A DNA stretch of 64,000 nt from Parcubacteria group bacterium (GCA_041662245.1 JBAZSW010000002.1:11835-75834); one strand, 5' to 3'. Positions 17,097 through 27,080 are shown, counted from the stretch's first letter. Made by a program: numbers and translations. Notes: generated by a model from the letters alone, not told the origin.

Positions 17097-17918
17097 TTAT
17101 CTAACTAAATCAAATCTTTTTTCTTGCCAAGAAGCAAACCCCCCTTTGAGAGTATAAGTAGCTATAAAACCAAGGTCGCTAAGTTTAACAGCGGCTTTGA
17201 AATCATCAGTGGCGGTTGTTCCGTAAACTAATATTTCCTTGGAGATGGTAAGTTCAGTTTTTCTTTTTTCGAGCTCATTTAAGGGAATGTTGATTGCTTG
17301 AGGAACATGTCCAGATAAATATTCCTTATTAGTACGTACGTCAACAATAGTAACAGGATAAGAGCTTTCAATGGCAAGTTTAAGCTGATCGGGTGTAATA
17401 TAATCTATTTTAGACCAATCCAGCGCAGATTCTTTATCTCCACCACTTATTGTTGGATCAGCAGATTGAGTCCAATTGGCAATTCCCCCTGAAAGAGCGT
17501 CAACATTCTTAAATCCCAATTCTGTTTTTAATTTTTTGATAATGGTAGCTACATTCTTGTTATCGCCACTGTCGTAACCGATAATAATGACAGATTGCTC
17601 TTTGCTAATAGTGGAAAAAGTTTTATCGAAATTTTCAGGGGAGATATTGACGGATTCTTCAATGTGATTTTTTTCAAAACTAACATTGTCACGAATATCA
17701 ATTAATTTTAAAACTTCTTGAGAAATTATTTTGGCATGTAATTCATCGGGGGTAAAATATTTGAAATCAGAAAATGTGGGTTCCTCGATTTGCTCTTTGG
17801 AAAGGGGCATATTTTTTTTATCGTAAGCGTACCTCCCTAAAGTTAGAAGTAAAATTAAAAAAATTACTCCAATGCCAATAAATAATATTTTGTTTTCCTT
17901 TTTATCTTTTTCATTCAT
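17097..17918 (-). CDS. tandem rhodanese-domain sulfurtransferase, membrane-anchored
   Basis: N-terminal TM, then two rhodanese modules (LIDIRDN...; IVDVRTNKEYLSGHVPQAINIP). Confidence 0.7.
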   Translation of the reverse strand: MNEKDKKENKILFIGIGVIFLILLLTLGRYAYDKKNMPLSKEQIEEPTFSDFKYFTPDELHAKIISQEVLKLIDIRDNVSFEKNHIEESVNISPENFDKTFSTISKEQSVIIIGYDSGDNKNVATIIKKLKTELGFKNVDALSGGIANWTQSADPTISGGDKESALDWSKIDYITPDQLKLAIESSYPVTIVDVRTNKEYLSGHVPQAINIPLNELEKRKTELTISKEILVYGTTATDDFKAAVKLSDLGFIATYTLKGGFASWQEKRFDLVR

Positions 17919-17921
17919 AAT

Positions 17922-18884
17922 TTATTTTAAAATGCTTCCAATAAAGTTTGGATATCCATTGAGAAAATCATCTATAAGTGTTTCATTTTTTCCAGCTAAT
18001 TGAATTTTATCAAGGATAATTACGCCACTGTTAGTTTGAACACCTATCTGAGATGGGGTATACTGAAAAACTTCCCCTAAATGATGTTTTTCCCCAAGTT
18101 TATTTTTTTGAACAGATATTTCATTTAAAGATAATTTTTGCAAATTTTCTTTATTTTCCCAAAAAGTGAAAATTCCTGGCCAAACATGAAAAGCTCTAAA
18201 TTTGTTATAAATTTCATCGGCATTTTCACTCCAGCTTATCTGCCCATCAGACTTCTCTATTAGTTGGCACATAGTAGCTTGAGAATGGTCTTGTTTTTGA
18301 GGTGAAGAAGTGCCCTCTATCCAAGAGGGAATTGTCTTAAGTAACAAGCTGGAAGCAGTAACAGCTAGCTTGCCGGTCAGAGTCAAATAATTGTCTTGGG
18401 GATCAATAGCTACACTTTTTTGTGATAAAATATCTCCCGTATCTATACCTTCATCCATCAGCATTACAGTAATTCCTGTTTCGGCCATTCCGTTTGCGAG
18501 AGCATTTTGAATAGGAGAGGCACCTCTCAATTTAGGTAGCATTGAAGCATGAATATTTAAGGATTTGAATTTAGGAATATCAAGAATCTTTTTAGGGATT
18601 ATTTTTCCAAAGGCAACTACTATTAGCAAATCAGGCTTTATTTTTTCTAGCCATTCTTTAAATTCATTATCTAATTTGTCTGGTTGAATTATCGGGATAT
18701 TTTTTTCGAGAGCCATTCTTTTTACAGGGCTAACTAGAGCTTCCTTTTTGTTTTTAGATATATAGTCGGGTTGAGTAACTACTGCTAAAATAGGATAATT
18801 CTCAAGACAAAGCGATTCCAGAACAATACTGGCAATATCGGGTGTTCCCATAAAGACGATAGTTGGTTTTTTTTTGTTTTCCAT
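17922..18884 (-). CDS. fmt: methionyl-tRNA formyltransferase
   Basis: IVFMGTPDIASIVLESL N-terminus; formyltransferase core and C-terminal domain. 320 aa. Confidence 0.9.
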   Translation of the reverse strand: MENKKKPTIVFMGTPDIASIVLESLCLENYPILAVVTQPDYISKNKKEALVSPVKRMALEKNIPIIQPDKLDNEFKEWLEKIKPDLLIVVAFGKIIPKKILDIPKFKSLNIHASMLPKLRGASPIQNALANGMAETGITVMLMDEGIDTGDILSQKSVAIDPQDNYLTLTGKLAVTASSLLLKTIPSWIEGTSSPQKQDHSQATMCQLIEKSDGQISWSENADEIYNKFRAFHVWPGIFTFWENKENLQKLSLNEISVQKNKLGEKHHLGEVFQYTPSQIGVQTNSGVIILDKIQLAGKNETLIDDFLNGYPNFIGSILK

Positions 18885-18911
18885 AAATATTTTAGGCCAC
18901 AGAGGCGTTTT

Positions 18912-19340
18912 TTATTTGTTTATAAAAAGAATTCCATCGAGATGATCAATCTCATGTTGAAAGGCTCGTGCCAATAAATCTTTTGCTTTTATCTTACACT
19001 TTTCTCCCTTTTCATTCAAATATCTAACCTGAACAGTTTCAAACCGAGTAACAGGAATGAACTTTCCTGGAAAACTCAAGCAGCCCTCTTCGGAATTTTT
19101 TTTTTCCTTGGAATGGGCAGTTATTTTAGGATTTATTAATATATAAATTTTTCCAAGATTTTCAATGATACAAAGTCTAATAGACTCACCAACTTGGGGT
19201 GCAGCCAGTCCCATTCCGCTATTTTCTCTCATGGCTTGTATCATTTGAGGGATTAGTTCTTGAATCTTAGCATCAAGTGGATTTTTGATATTTTGAGCTT
19301 TTTTTTCTAAAATTGAGTTAGGATAGGTTATAATTTTCAT
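18912..19340 (-). CDS. def: peptide deformylase
   Basis: Motifs GLAAPQVG, EGCLSFPG and QHEIDHLDG. Confidence 0.9.
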   Translation of the reverse strand: MKIITYPNSILEKKAQNIKNPLDAKIQELIPQMIQAMRENSGMGLAAPQVGESIRLCIIENLGKIYILINPKITAHSKEKKNSEEGCLSFPGKFIPVTRFETVQVRYLNEKGEKCKIKAKDLLARAFQHEIDHLDGILFINK

Positions 19341-19356
19341 TTATTTATAGACGTTT

Positions 19357-19707
19357 TTACTCAAAATTTTTATAAATCTCTCTGTCTTCTTTTGAGTGAG
19401 AAACTATTACTTTAATTGTTTTTCCCTTAGGAGGTTTATCAATACTAACATTTTTTTTATTTTTTTCCAAGACCTGAACTTCTCCTTGATTAAATAAGCT
19501 ATTATCGACAAATATTTTCCAGGAAAACTTAGTGTCATCAGAATAATTTTCTATTATGAAATTAGAGGAATCATCATTGATATTTTCAAAATATATAAAC
19601 CAGCTGTCCTTGATTTGATGTTGAGCGTTTTCCAAAATCGCTAAATAGGAAAAACTAATTAGAATGAATAAAGCAAGAGAAACTAGAATCGTTTTTTGAT
19701 TGGGCAT
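19357..19707 (-). CDS. small signal-anchored hypothetical protein (116 aa)
   Basis: The 172-aa ORF is trimmed to the internal Met (MPNQKTILVSLALFILISF...), which removes the overlap with the upstream gene ending at 19712. Confidence 0.4.
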   Translation of the reverse strand: MPNQKTILVSLALFILISFSYLAILENAQHQIKDSWFIYFENINDDSSNFIIENYSDDTKFSWKIFVDNSLFNQGEVQVLEKNKKNVSIDKPPKGKTIKVIVSHSKEDREIYKNFE

Positions 19708-19711
19708 ATTT

Positions 19712-21781
19712 TTAGTGGTTATTTTTGGAAAAAATAGATAGACTATCTCCTTGATAAACTTTCGAAAAATTAGAAGTGGCTTTAAACTGGGGTTCATCAA
19801 CGGAGGTGTTGATAATAATATATTTGGTGAAAGTATTAGAAAAACATTTTTGAGCTCTTTCGGAAGATGGTTCATTGATCATCCAAAGAGTGCACATTTC
19901 TCGAGGTTTGGTGGAATCTTCATAGCGCTTGAAATAGCCTCGGGAAAGAGGATAATTATAGTCTTGCATAAAGAATAGTTTTATCCAAGAATCCGAAGAT
20001 AAATAATTGTGATCCTTAAGAACATTGGAAAAGCTTGAATTTTTGTTTGATCTTATCTGGCTAGAAAGAAATTCCGATGCATGAAATGTTTGAAGAGCTT
20101 TTTGATTTTTTTGTCCCAGAGAAAGAGAATTGGCATTATCATAATAGCCACCGAAAATAATAGTTACAAAGAATAAAACAAAAATAAGATGAAATATTTT
20201 TTTAGAAATAAGCAACTGTTTATTTAGCTTTTCTAGAAAAGATATGAGACCAATCAGCCCAATAGAGGCTAAAAAAATGAAGGGAAAGTTGGCATAATTA
20301 GCCACTCGGTCAGAGGGGATATTTATATGAAGCCATTGCGGAGTAACCGTCATTAGTGTTAATGCCAAAGCCCAACCTAAAAGAATTGAGGGCATCCAAA
20401 TATAATGATAATTTTTATTTTTCTGATTATCAAATTTATTTTTTAGAAAAACTAAGGCTAAAATAAAAAGAGAACCAATAATTCCTAGCGTCAGACGCAT
20501 TTCTCCTACGGCGTATTTAAACTGATTTAGTGTTAATCCTGCTCGAGTAGATTTGGATGGAGCTCCTACCACTGTAGTTTGGGCATTGGTTGTGATATAG
20601 CTAGGCATATAAACAAAAAATAGAAATAAGATCGTGGAAATTAAAAAAATAATAATTTGAGGGGAATAAATTAAAGTAAAGATGTCTTTAAAAGTTTTTT
20701 TGTAGTTTAAAATAAGTGTTTTAATTTTTGATTCGGAATCATCTAAAAAAGTTTTTAATATTAAAAGAACATTAAAAATTATTAGAGTAAAGACTAAAAT
20801 AAAGATAAAAATAAAACCACTTAAGTGGTGCGTATAAAATATCCCAGCGCTTAAAAATAATCCCATAAAAAGCATCCAGGAATTTTTTTCTTGAATGGCA
20901 CGAAAATAAAAGTAGAGACAAAGTGGAATAAGGAGATTGCCGATTAAATTTCCGATTACCCCTCCGCTGACAAATTTGGCTTGGGGAGAAGTTATGGCGT
21001 AGAATGGTCCAATTAAAAATAAAGTAAGGATAGCTAGGTTAACAGGGTTAATTATTTTTTTATTTAAAATATTTTTAAGAAGACTAGAATCAAAAATCCT
21101 TAGAGCTAAAATGAACATTGCTAGCAAACTGAAGATATTTATAGCAAACAAGAGTAAAGCAGGAAAATAAGAAATAAAAGAAATTCGAGTTAGGAGATTA
21201 ATCCCAGCAAAAATTAGATGTTCTCCTATAATAAAATCTGCAATAGGTTGAGATTGAAGTTGATAAGAGTTGTCATTTATAGAAATTATTTCATTTTTCT
21301 TGTAATCCGGTAGCTGGCCTGTTTGGGAGATTAATTTAGACCAATACATGTGGTGACCGAGATCAGTAGAGGTGGGGAAAATGGCGTCAGTTAAATAAAT
21401 AGTTTTTATAAAAATAGTTAGAAATAAGATTAATATTATAAGAGCGGATTGATTGGAGCTAAATTTTAAAACAGAATCATTTTCTATTGGGGGATAGTTT
21501 TTTTTATTTTTTTTGAATTTATATAACGCGTAACAGGCTAAAATAAAAGCAGAAAAGAGAATTAATATTAAATTTCGGTTAATATTAAAATTAAGTTTTC
21601 CAAAGAAAATAATAAGAAAATCAAAAATTATAAGACTAGTTGAGAAAGCAATAACGATAGTTTCAATAGGAAGAAAACGTTGAGAAAGATTTTTTTTAAA
21701 AATAGCCAACAGCAAAAAATATCCTGGTAAAAACAGTAGAAAAACTAAGCTGGCAAAAAATAATAAAAGTTGGATAAACAT
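19712..21781 (-). CDS. large polytopic membrane protein, GT-C-like (putative polyprenyl-phosphate-sugar dependent glycosyltransferase)
   Basis: 689 aa, more than 12 predicted TM helices in the N-terminal two thirds, plus a C-terminal soluble domain. The architecture resembles ArnT/PMT/YfhO-type GT-C enzymes, but no diagnostic motif was confirmed. Confidence 0.35.
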   Translation of the reverse strand: MFIQLLLFFASLVFLLFLPGYFLLLAIFKKNLSQRFLPIETIVIAFSTSLIIFDFLIIFFGKLNFNINRNLILILFSAFILACYALYKFKKNKKNYPPIENDSVLKFSSNQSALIILILFLTIFIKTIYLTDAIFPTSTDLGHHMYWSKLISQTGQLPDYKKNEIISINDNSYQLQSQPIADFIIGEHLIFAGINLLTRISFISYFPALLLFAINIFSLLAMFILALRIFDSSLLKNILNKKIINPVNLAILTLFLIGPFYAITSPQAKFVSGGVIGNLIGNLLIPLCLYFYFRAIQEKNSWMLFMGLFLSAGIFYTHHLSGFIFIFILVFTLIIFNVLLILKTFLDDSESKIKTLILNYKKTFKDIFTLIYSPQIIIFLISTILFLFFVYMPSYITTNAQTTVVGAPSKSTRAGLTLNQFKYAVGEMRLTLGIIGSLFILALVFLKNKFDNQKNKNYHYIWMPSILLGWALALTLMTVTPQWLHINIPSDRVANYANFPFIFLASIGLIGLISFLEKLNKQLLISKKIFHLIFVLFFVTIIFGGYYDNANSLSLGQKNQKALQTFHASEFLSSQIRSNKNSSFSNVLKDHNYLSSDSWIKLFFMQDYNYPLSRGYFKRYEDSTKPREMCTLWMINEPSSERAQKCFSNTFTKYIIINTSVDEPQFKATSNFSKVYQGDSLSIFSKNNH

Positions 21782-21882
21782 TATTCTTCCGTATGGTTTT
21801 TAGAGCATTTAAGACTAACTATATAATAGCATAGATAGGAATTCGTCGGCAATTAATTCGTAGATAAATTGCATTGCTATAG

Positions 21883-22728
21883 CTATGTAAGTAAAATTAC
21901 TCCGATAGAAACTATAGCACCAGCGATAATTTTATTCATAATATTGGATTTTTCTTTAAGTAATATAATTCCACCTAAAACGATAAATATAGTAGAAACG
22001 GAAATCAATGGAATAACGACGGAAACATCAGCTAGCGAGGTAGCTTTTAGTTGAAAATAGTAGCCCAAAACATTTATGAGAGCCAAAAGAGGTATCTTCC
22101 AGGATCCGGTATATATTTCTGTTTTCAAATCTTGACGAGGTATTCGAGGTAAATAAATATATAGCAATGGAGCAGCCCAAATCAAAAGAGAATAAAATTG
22201 GGGAGAAAATTCGGTTGACATGACCTTTTTATCTATTGTCCAAGCGATGCCTAGCATCATAGCACAAATCAAAACTGTAATAAGAGCTTTGCTAAATTTG
22301 ATAGTGGTCTTTTTATAGCTGGCTAGGATAGTGGCAGTGATAATTAAGATTACCCCAATGAGTTTTTTTGTGCTAAAACTTTCTCCTAGTACTAAAATAG
22401 AAGAAATAAAGGTTATAGCAGGGGCTAGTCTAAATAAAACAGTGATAGTGGAAACTTCGATTTCTTTTCTAGCATAGAATTGAATCCTTTCATAAGTTCC
22501 ATAGAGAATTATAGATAAAAGCACGAGCAGTATGATTGAAATATCAGGTGTTGCAAAAGTTTGTCGAGGTTGAATAATAAATAACAGGAAAGCAAAAAGA
22601 GCTCCCCAAGAATTAAAAATAAAGGAGAAAGCTCTGGGATTTTTACTGTTTACTGCTAGCACTCGCATTAGTAAATTTAGAGCAGTAAGAAATATAACTG
22701 TTAAAATTGTATAGGTTATCCAATTCAT
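21883..22728 (-). CDS. DMT-superfamily (EamA-like) permease
   Basis: 281 aa, about 10 TM helices in a two-repeat arrangement. Confidence 0.45.
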   Translation of the reverse strand: MNWITYTILTVIFLTALNLLMRVLAVNSKNPRAFSFIFNSWGALFAFLLFIIQPRQTFATPDISIILLVLLSIILYGTYERIQFYARKEIEVSTITVLFRLAPAITFISSILVLGESFSTKKLIGVILIITATILASYKKTTIKFSKALITVLICAMMLGIAWTIDKKVMSTEFSPQFYSLLIWAAPLLYIYLPRIPRQDLKTEIYTGSWKIPLLALINVLGYYFQLKATSLADVSVVIPLISVSTIFIVLGGIILLKEKSNIMNKIIAGAIVSIGVILLT

Positions 22729-22836
22729 GGTTTAATTGTCCATTTTGATAAATTAAAGTAAAAAATATTTAATTTTTTAATTGCTTATTGGGAACATTGT
22801 TGATAAAATAAGTTTAATCTTTGTAATTAAGAAAAT

Positions 22837-23010
22837 ATGAAAGGACTTATTATTATTTTTGTGATTGTTGGTTCAAGTTTGGGAAGTTATGTCCCTGTTT
22901 TGTGGGGAGATAGTGTTTTTTCGATAGCCTCTATTCTTTTTAGCGCTGGAGGAGGATTTGCGGGGATTTGGTTGGGTTATCAGATAGCGCGAGGAATGGG
23001 GATAGAATAA
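22837..23010 (+). CDS. small membrane protein (57 aa)
   Basis: Not in the ORF track. MKGLIIIFVIVGSSLGSYVPVLWGDSVFSIASILFSAGGGFAGIWLGYQIARGMGIE has two Gly-rich TM segments, reminiscent of the GlsB/YeaQ/YmgE family. Confidence 0.3.
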   Translation: MKGLIIIFVIVGSSLGSYVPVLWGDSVFSIASILFSAGGGFAGIWLGYQIARGMGIE

Positions 23011-23108
23011 AAAAACTTTTAAGTTAAACAAATAAGAAATATGTATTGAGTTACGTATTTCTTATGCGTTTTGTTTTTCAAACTGAAATTTTTTTAAAAG
23101 TGGGTGTT

Positions 23109-24227
23109 TTAGATTTTTCTTAATTCTTCTAGATACTTTTTTCCAACTACTTCCCAAGAAAAATTCTCAAAAGTAAAATTTTGGGCACGTTTTCCAAAGG
23201 CTATTCGAAATTTATCATCCTCTAAGATAGCTTTAATTTTTTTCAGGTATTGTTCGGTATTTTTTGGTTCAACCATGAATCCATTTTTACCGTTAATGAT
23301 AGCGTCTTTTAAACCTTCCAAATTAGAAGCGACTACTACTTTGGCGCAAGCTGTTCCTTCAATAGCATTGATTCCAAACCCTTCCATCGAGCCTGCTACC
23401 TTAATATTAGGGGAGACAAACAAGTCAACAGTGTTAAAAATAATGTTGAGGGTTTCTTGGGGAATATTAGGAAATAACTTTACGCGATTTTCTAGATTAT
23501 TTTTTTTAATGTTTTCCTCACAATCAGGAAAAGTATCTTCATCACTGACAGTTCTTTTGCTTACCCGCCCGCCTGCTCCAATGAGAATATAATTTTCCGG
23601 CAAAAGAGGCATTACTTTATCAATAAACCAATCCAACCCTTTATGACGAACAAATCTTCCTACACGTAGAATAACTTTTTTGCCAGTCAAATCCATATTG
23701 AGAACCTCAGCTAAATCTTTGCGAGTATAATTATCGCAAACTTTATCAGCATCAAATCCATTGGGAATGAAAACACACTTCTCTTTATCAATCCCAAATT
23801 CAGTTGCTTCAGAAATGGTGTGGTTGCCTACCATAATTAGCTTGTTCATTTTTTTAAGAGCGGGAATATTTATAAGTCTGTAAATTTTGCCCATAAGAGA
23901 TTTTTTATAGGCGAAAGTTATGTCTAATCCGTGAATAATAGAAACAAATTTTTTTCTAGGATGAAAGAACTTTAAAAATACGCCCAAAGGAGCAAGAACC
24001 CCATCTCCAAAAAGAACAATATCATATTTCCAAAGAGAAAAAAGAGCGCCAAAAGTGGCTTGAAGCAAAAAAAATGGCAGATTTTTTTTACCTTTCTTGT
24101 TGGCAATTATTTTTACTTTAGTCAATTGAGAAAGTTCAGTGGCGATTCCATAATTTTGATTTTCAATCCCACCCAAAACAGGAGGATAAGCCCTAGAAAT
24201 AAATAATACTCGGGGATTTTTATTCAT
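23109..24227 (-). CDS. glycosyltransferase family 4
   Basis: GT-B fold with the EGFGINAIEG (ExFGxxxxE) C-terminal motif. 372 aa. Confidence 0.75.
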   Translation of the reverse strand: MNKNPRVLFISRAYPPVLGGIENQNYGIATELSQLTKVKIIANKKGKKNLPFFLLQATFGALFSLWKYDIVLFGDGVLAPLGVFLKFFHPRKKFVSIIHGLDITFAYKKSLMGKIYRLINIPALKKMNKLIMVGNHTISEATEFGIDKEKCVFIPNGFDADKVCDNYTRKDLAEVLNMDLTGKKVILRVGRFVRHKGLDWFIDKVMPLLPENYILIGAGGRVSKRTVSDEDTFPDCEENIKKNNLENRVKLFPNIPQETLNIIFNTVDLFVSPNIKVAGSMEGFGINAIEGTACAKVVVASNLEGLKDAIINGKNGFMVEPKNTEQYLKKIKAILEDDKFRIAFGKRAQNFTFENFSWEVVGKKYLEELRKI

Positions 24228-25197
24228 AATGTTTATCCTTATTCTTTTTTTTATTATAAAAATATGATTTCAATAAATACATTTCATCTTCAGTCAGCTT
24301 GCGGTTAGTCTTTATCATATCAGCGATGAGTGCAAAGATTATGGCTTGAAGTCCAATTAAAAACAGGGTTACTGAGAGGAGCAAATAATTCCGATAAGGA
24401 GAAACCTTGAAATCTTGAAAATAGAAAAAAAGAAAAACAAAAAAGATAGTTAGAGAAATAATAATTAAAATCAAACCCGGAATGCCAAAAAATTTCATCG
24501 GGCGTACATCCCGAATGGCTTTGATGATAATTTTAAAACTATTGTTGACAAAGTGATAAACACTTTTTACTACACGAGATTTTCTATCCGCGAAGTAGGT
24601 GACTTTAACAGGAATCCATTTTAACTTTAGATTTTTCCCTAGAGCATCAATAATAGTTTCTTGGGTGTAAGTAAATCCTCCAGGGAGATTTAGTTTAAGC
24701 ATCGTCTCACTGTTCATAGCTCGAAATCCACAAGTCAGATCTTTAATTTTAAATTGCATGAATTTTCCTACAATATTGGCAGCAAATCTATTTAAAAAGT
24801 CTTTTATCCAAGGAATATTTTTGGCTTTATGTTCCCCAAATCTATCGGCGATGACCATATCAGATTCTCCTTTTAAAATTGGGTCAAGTAACTGTTGGAT
24901 ATCATTGGGATCAAACTGTCCATCAGCATCAATATTAACCATTATATCTGCTCCATTTTCCAAAGCGTTCGTAATGGCTGTTTTGAAAACTACTCCAATC
25001 CCGCGGTTGGTGTTGTGAGAAACGATAAGATCAGCTCCTGCCTGACGAGAAACATCGGCGGTTTTATCTTTGGATCCATCATTTACAACTTGAATTAAAA
25101 CCTCATCTATCCCATCGAATTTTCTAGGAATTCTTTTAATAGTTTGTCCAATTTTTTCTTCTTCATTGTAAGCAGGTAAATTTATGATTAGTTTCAT
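24220..25197 (-). CDS. glycosyltransferase family 2, polyprenyl-phosphate sugar synthase type (DPM1/GtrB/ArnC-like)
   Basis: N-terminal GT-A domain (IINLPAYNEEEKIGQTI...VNDGSKDKT; DAD...) followed by two C-terminal TM helices. Confidence 0.75.
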   Translation of the reverse strand: MKLIINLPAYNEEEKIGQTIKRIPRKFDGIDEVLIQVVNDGSKDKTADVSRQAGADLIVSHNTNRGIGVVFKTAITNALENGADIMVNIDADGQFDPNDIQQLLDPILKGESDMVIADRFGEHKAKNIPWIKDFLNRFAANIVGKFMQFKIKDLTCGFRAMNSETMLKLNLPGGFTYTQETIIDALGKNLKLKWIPVKVTYFADRKSRVVKSVYHFVNNSFKIIIKAIRDVRPMKFFGIPGLILIIISLTIFFVFLFFYFQDFKVSPYRNYLLLSVTLFLIGLQAIIFALIADMIKTNRKLTEDEMYLLKSYFYNKKKNKDKHYE

Positions 25198-25329
25198 AGT
25201 TTGATTTACTTTAATTATTATCAGTAAAAGTTAATGTAATATTAGCCTAAAATTAGGGTTTTGACAATGAAAATAGTGTATGCGTAAAATAGTGTATGAA
25301 GTTCATAATATTTGTAAAGCAAATGTATA

Positions 25330-25394
25330 GTCATCAGTCAAAAGTCATCGGTCATCGAAGTCAAAATGCATTTTGATGACTTTTGACTGATGAC
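25330..25394. repeat. perfect 20-bp inverted repeat (GTCATCAGTCAAAAGTCATC) with 25-bp spacer
   Basis: Left arm 25330-25349 and right arm 25375-25394. The spacer also carries GTCATC/AGTCAAAA sub-repeats. About 60 bp upstream of the SEDS gene. Confidence 0.7.
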
Positions 25395-25455
25395 TGATTA
25401 CTAATGATTATGGTTGGCAAATGTTGTTTTTTAGATTAGGATAGTATGGAGATAA

Positions 25456-26607
25456 GTGAATTATCTTTTAAAAAATATGTTAGGAAAAATATTAAAATTA
25501 GATTGGATTTTGATTGTAGCTACGTTGCTTCTCTTGGGAGTGGGGCTTTTGGCACTTTATAGTATTTCAATTTCTGGAAAGAATATTGATGGTGGAGAAA
25601 TGACTTTTTTCCAAAAGCAAATGATAGCTTTTATTATTGGGATTGTGATTATGTTTGTTTTTTCTTTGACAGATTATCACTATTTCAAATCGCACAGTAA
25701 AATAATATATTTTTTAATGATTATTGTATTACTTTTGGTATTAGTGAAGGGGTCTTTGGTGAGAGGAACAACAGGCTGGATTTCCATTGGTTTTTTTAAT
25801 TTTCAGCCAGTAGAACTGGCTAAGATCTTGTTGATTGTATCTTTGGCAAGTTTTATAACCAAAAGCAAAGCCATGCTTAGCGAATTTTCTAGGCTGGTGG
25901 CTTCTTTCGCCATCACAGGAGTAGTTATTTTTTTAGTTTTGCTGCAACCTGATTTTGGGAGTGCTTTAGTATTGATGGCAATATTGATAGCTATGCTTCT
26001 TCTTTCAGGGATAGAATGGAAATATCTGGCCTCAATGTTTTTTTTGGGAGTGTTGAGTTTGATAGTTATCTGGTTTCTTTTAGCTGATTATCAAAAAAAT
26101 AGAATAATAAATTTTGTTAATCCAGAAAATGACCCTAGAGGAAGTGGTTATAATGTAATCCAATCGATGATTGCAGTGGGTTCGGGAGGAATAACGGGAA
26201 AAGGGCTGGGGCATGGTTCTCAATCACAACTTAATTTCTTGCCGGAAAATCATACGGATTTTATTTTTGCGGTGATTGTGGAGGAATTTGGCGTTTTTGG
26301 TGCGGGGGTAGTAGTAGTTTTAATTTCCATCATTTTTTACCGATTCAAAAAAATAGCAGAATTAGCTATGGATAATTTTGGCTATTTGATAGTGACGGGT
26401 AGTATGGCTATGTTTTTTACTCAAACAGTAGTCAATATAGGTATGAATATCGGCGTGATGCCCGTAACAGGAATCCCGCTTATTTTCCTAAGCTATGGAG
26501 GAAGCTCTCTTATTTCAGCTTTTATCGTAATAGGGATTGCAAATAATATTTTTTTGGTCGGTCGAAGAAATTTGGAAACTAGAATTCAGGTGGGAGATAA
26601 TTTTTAG
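25456..26607 (+). CDS. SEDS-family peptidoglycan glycosyltransferase (FtsW/RodA)
   Basis: 383 aa, 10 TM. Conserved SEDS blocks (GSQSQLNFLPENHTDFIF; the PVTGIPLIFLSYGGSSL C-terminus). Confidence 0.85.
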   Translation: MNYLLKNMLGKILKLDWILIVATLLLLGVGLLALYSISISGKNIDGGEMTFFQKQMIAFIIGIVIMFVFSLTDYHYFKSHSKIIYFLMIIVLLLVLVKGSLVRGTTGWISIGFFNFQPVELAKILLIVSLASFITKSKAMLSEFSRLVASFAITGVVIFLVLLQPDFGSALVLMAILIAMLLLSGIEWKYLASMFFLGVLSLIVIWFLLADYQKNRIINFVNPENDPRGSGYNVIQSMIAVGSGGITGKGLGHGSQSQLNFLPENHTDFIFAVIVEEFGVFGAGVVVVLISIIFYRFKKIAELAMDNFGYLIVTGSMAMFFTQTVVNIGMNIGVMPVTGIPLIFLSYGGSSLISAFIVIGIANNIFLVGRRNLETRIQVGDNF

Positions 26608-26703
26608 TGCTTAAAAGAAAAATTCATTTTTCTTTTGGTTATGAATAAAGAAAATTAGCATTAAAATAGATTTGGGGTTGATTTTTATATATTAATATGT
26701 ATA

Positions 26704-27009
26704 ATGGTTATTATGAGAGAACAAGAAAATAACCTAAAGAATTTGACTAAATGTCCTTTGTGTAAGGCTAAATATGATAATTCCCAAACTTTTGTTTTGG
26801 AAGAGGGAGCGAGTAGGACTATATTTCATTTAACTTGTAGCAAATGTCAAAGTGCTATACTGGCTTTTATTACAGAAGGTAAGCAAGGAGTTGTAAGTTT
26901 AGGGGTGGCAACGGATTTGAGTATGGAGGAGGCTCGCAGTATGTTTAAGAAGAACCCAATTAATAAAGAAGAGGTTTTAAAGGTATATAAGTATTTAAAT
27001 AATAAATAA
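26704..27009 (+). CDS. hypothetical zinc-ribbon protein
   Basis: CPLCKAKY ... CSKCQS gives CxxC-x24-CxxC. 101 aa. Confidence 0.4.
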   Translation: MVIMREQENNLKNLTKCPLCKAKYDNSQTFVLEEGASRTIFHLTCSKCQSAILAFITEGKQGVVSLGVATDLSMEEARSMFKKNPINKEEVLKVYKYLNNK

Positions 27010-27080
27010 AGAATGAAATTGAATTTACAGAGAAGGTAATGGTGTAGTTTTTCTGTGAATGTATTTCGGTATAAAGAATT

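Noticed and set aside
19357-19875. Apparent 164-nt overlap between the 172-aa ORF and the upstream 689-aa membrane-protein ORF.
   Set aside because: The overlap is resolved by using the internal Met at 19707, which starts a hydrophobic signal anchor. The genes then abut without overlap (19712 versus 19707).
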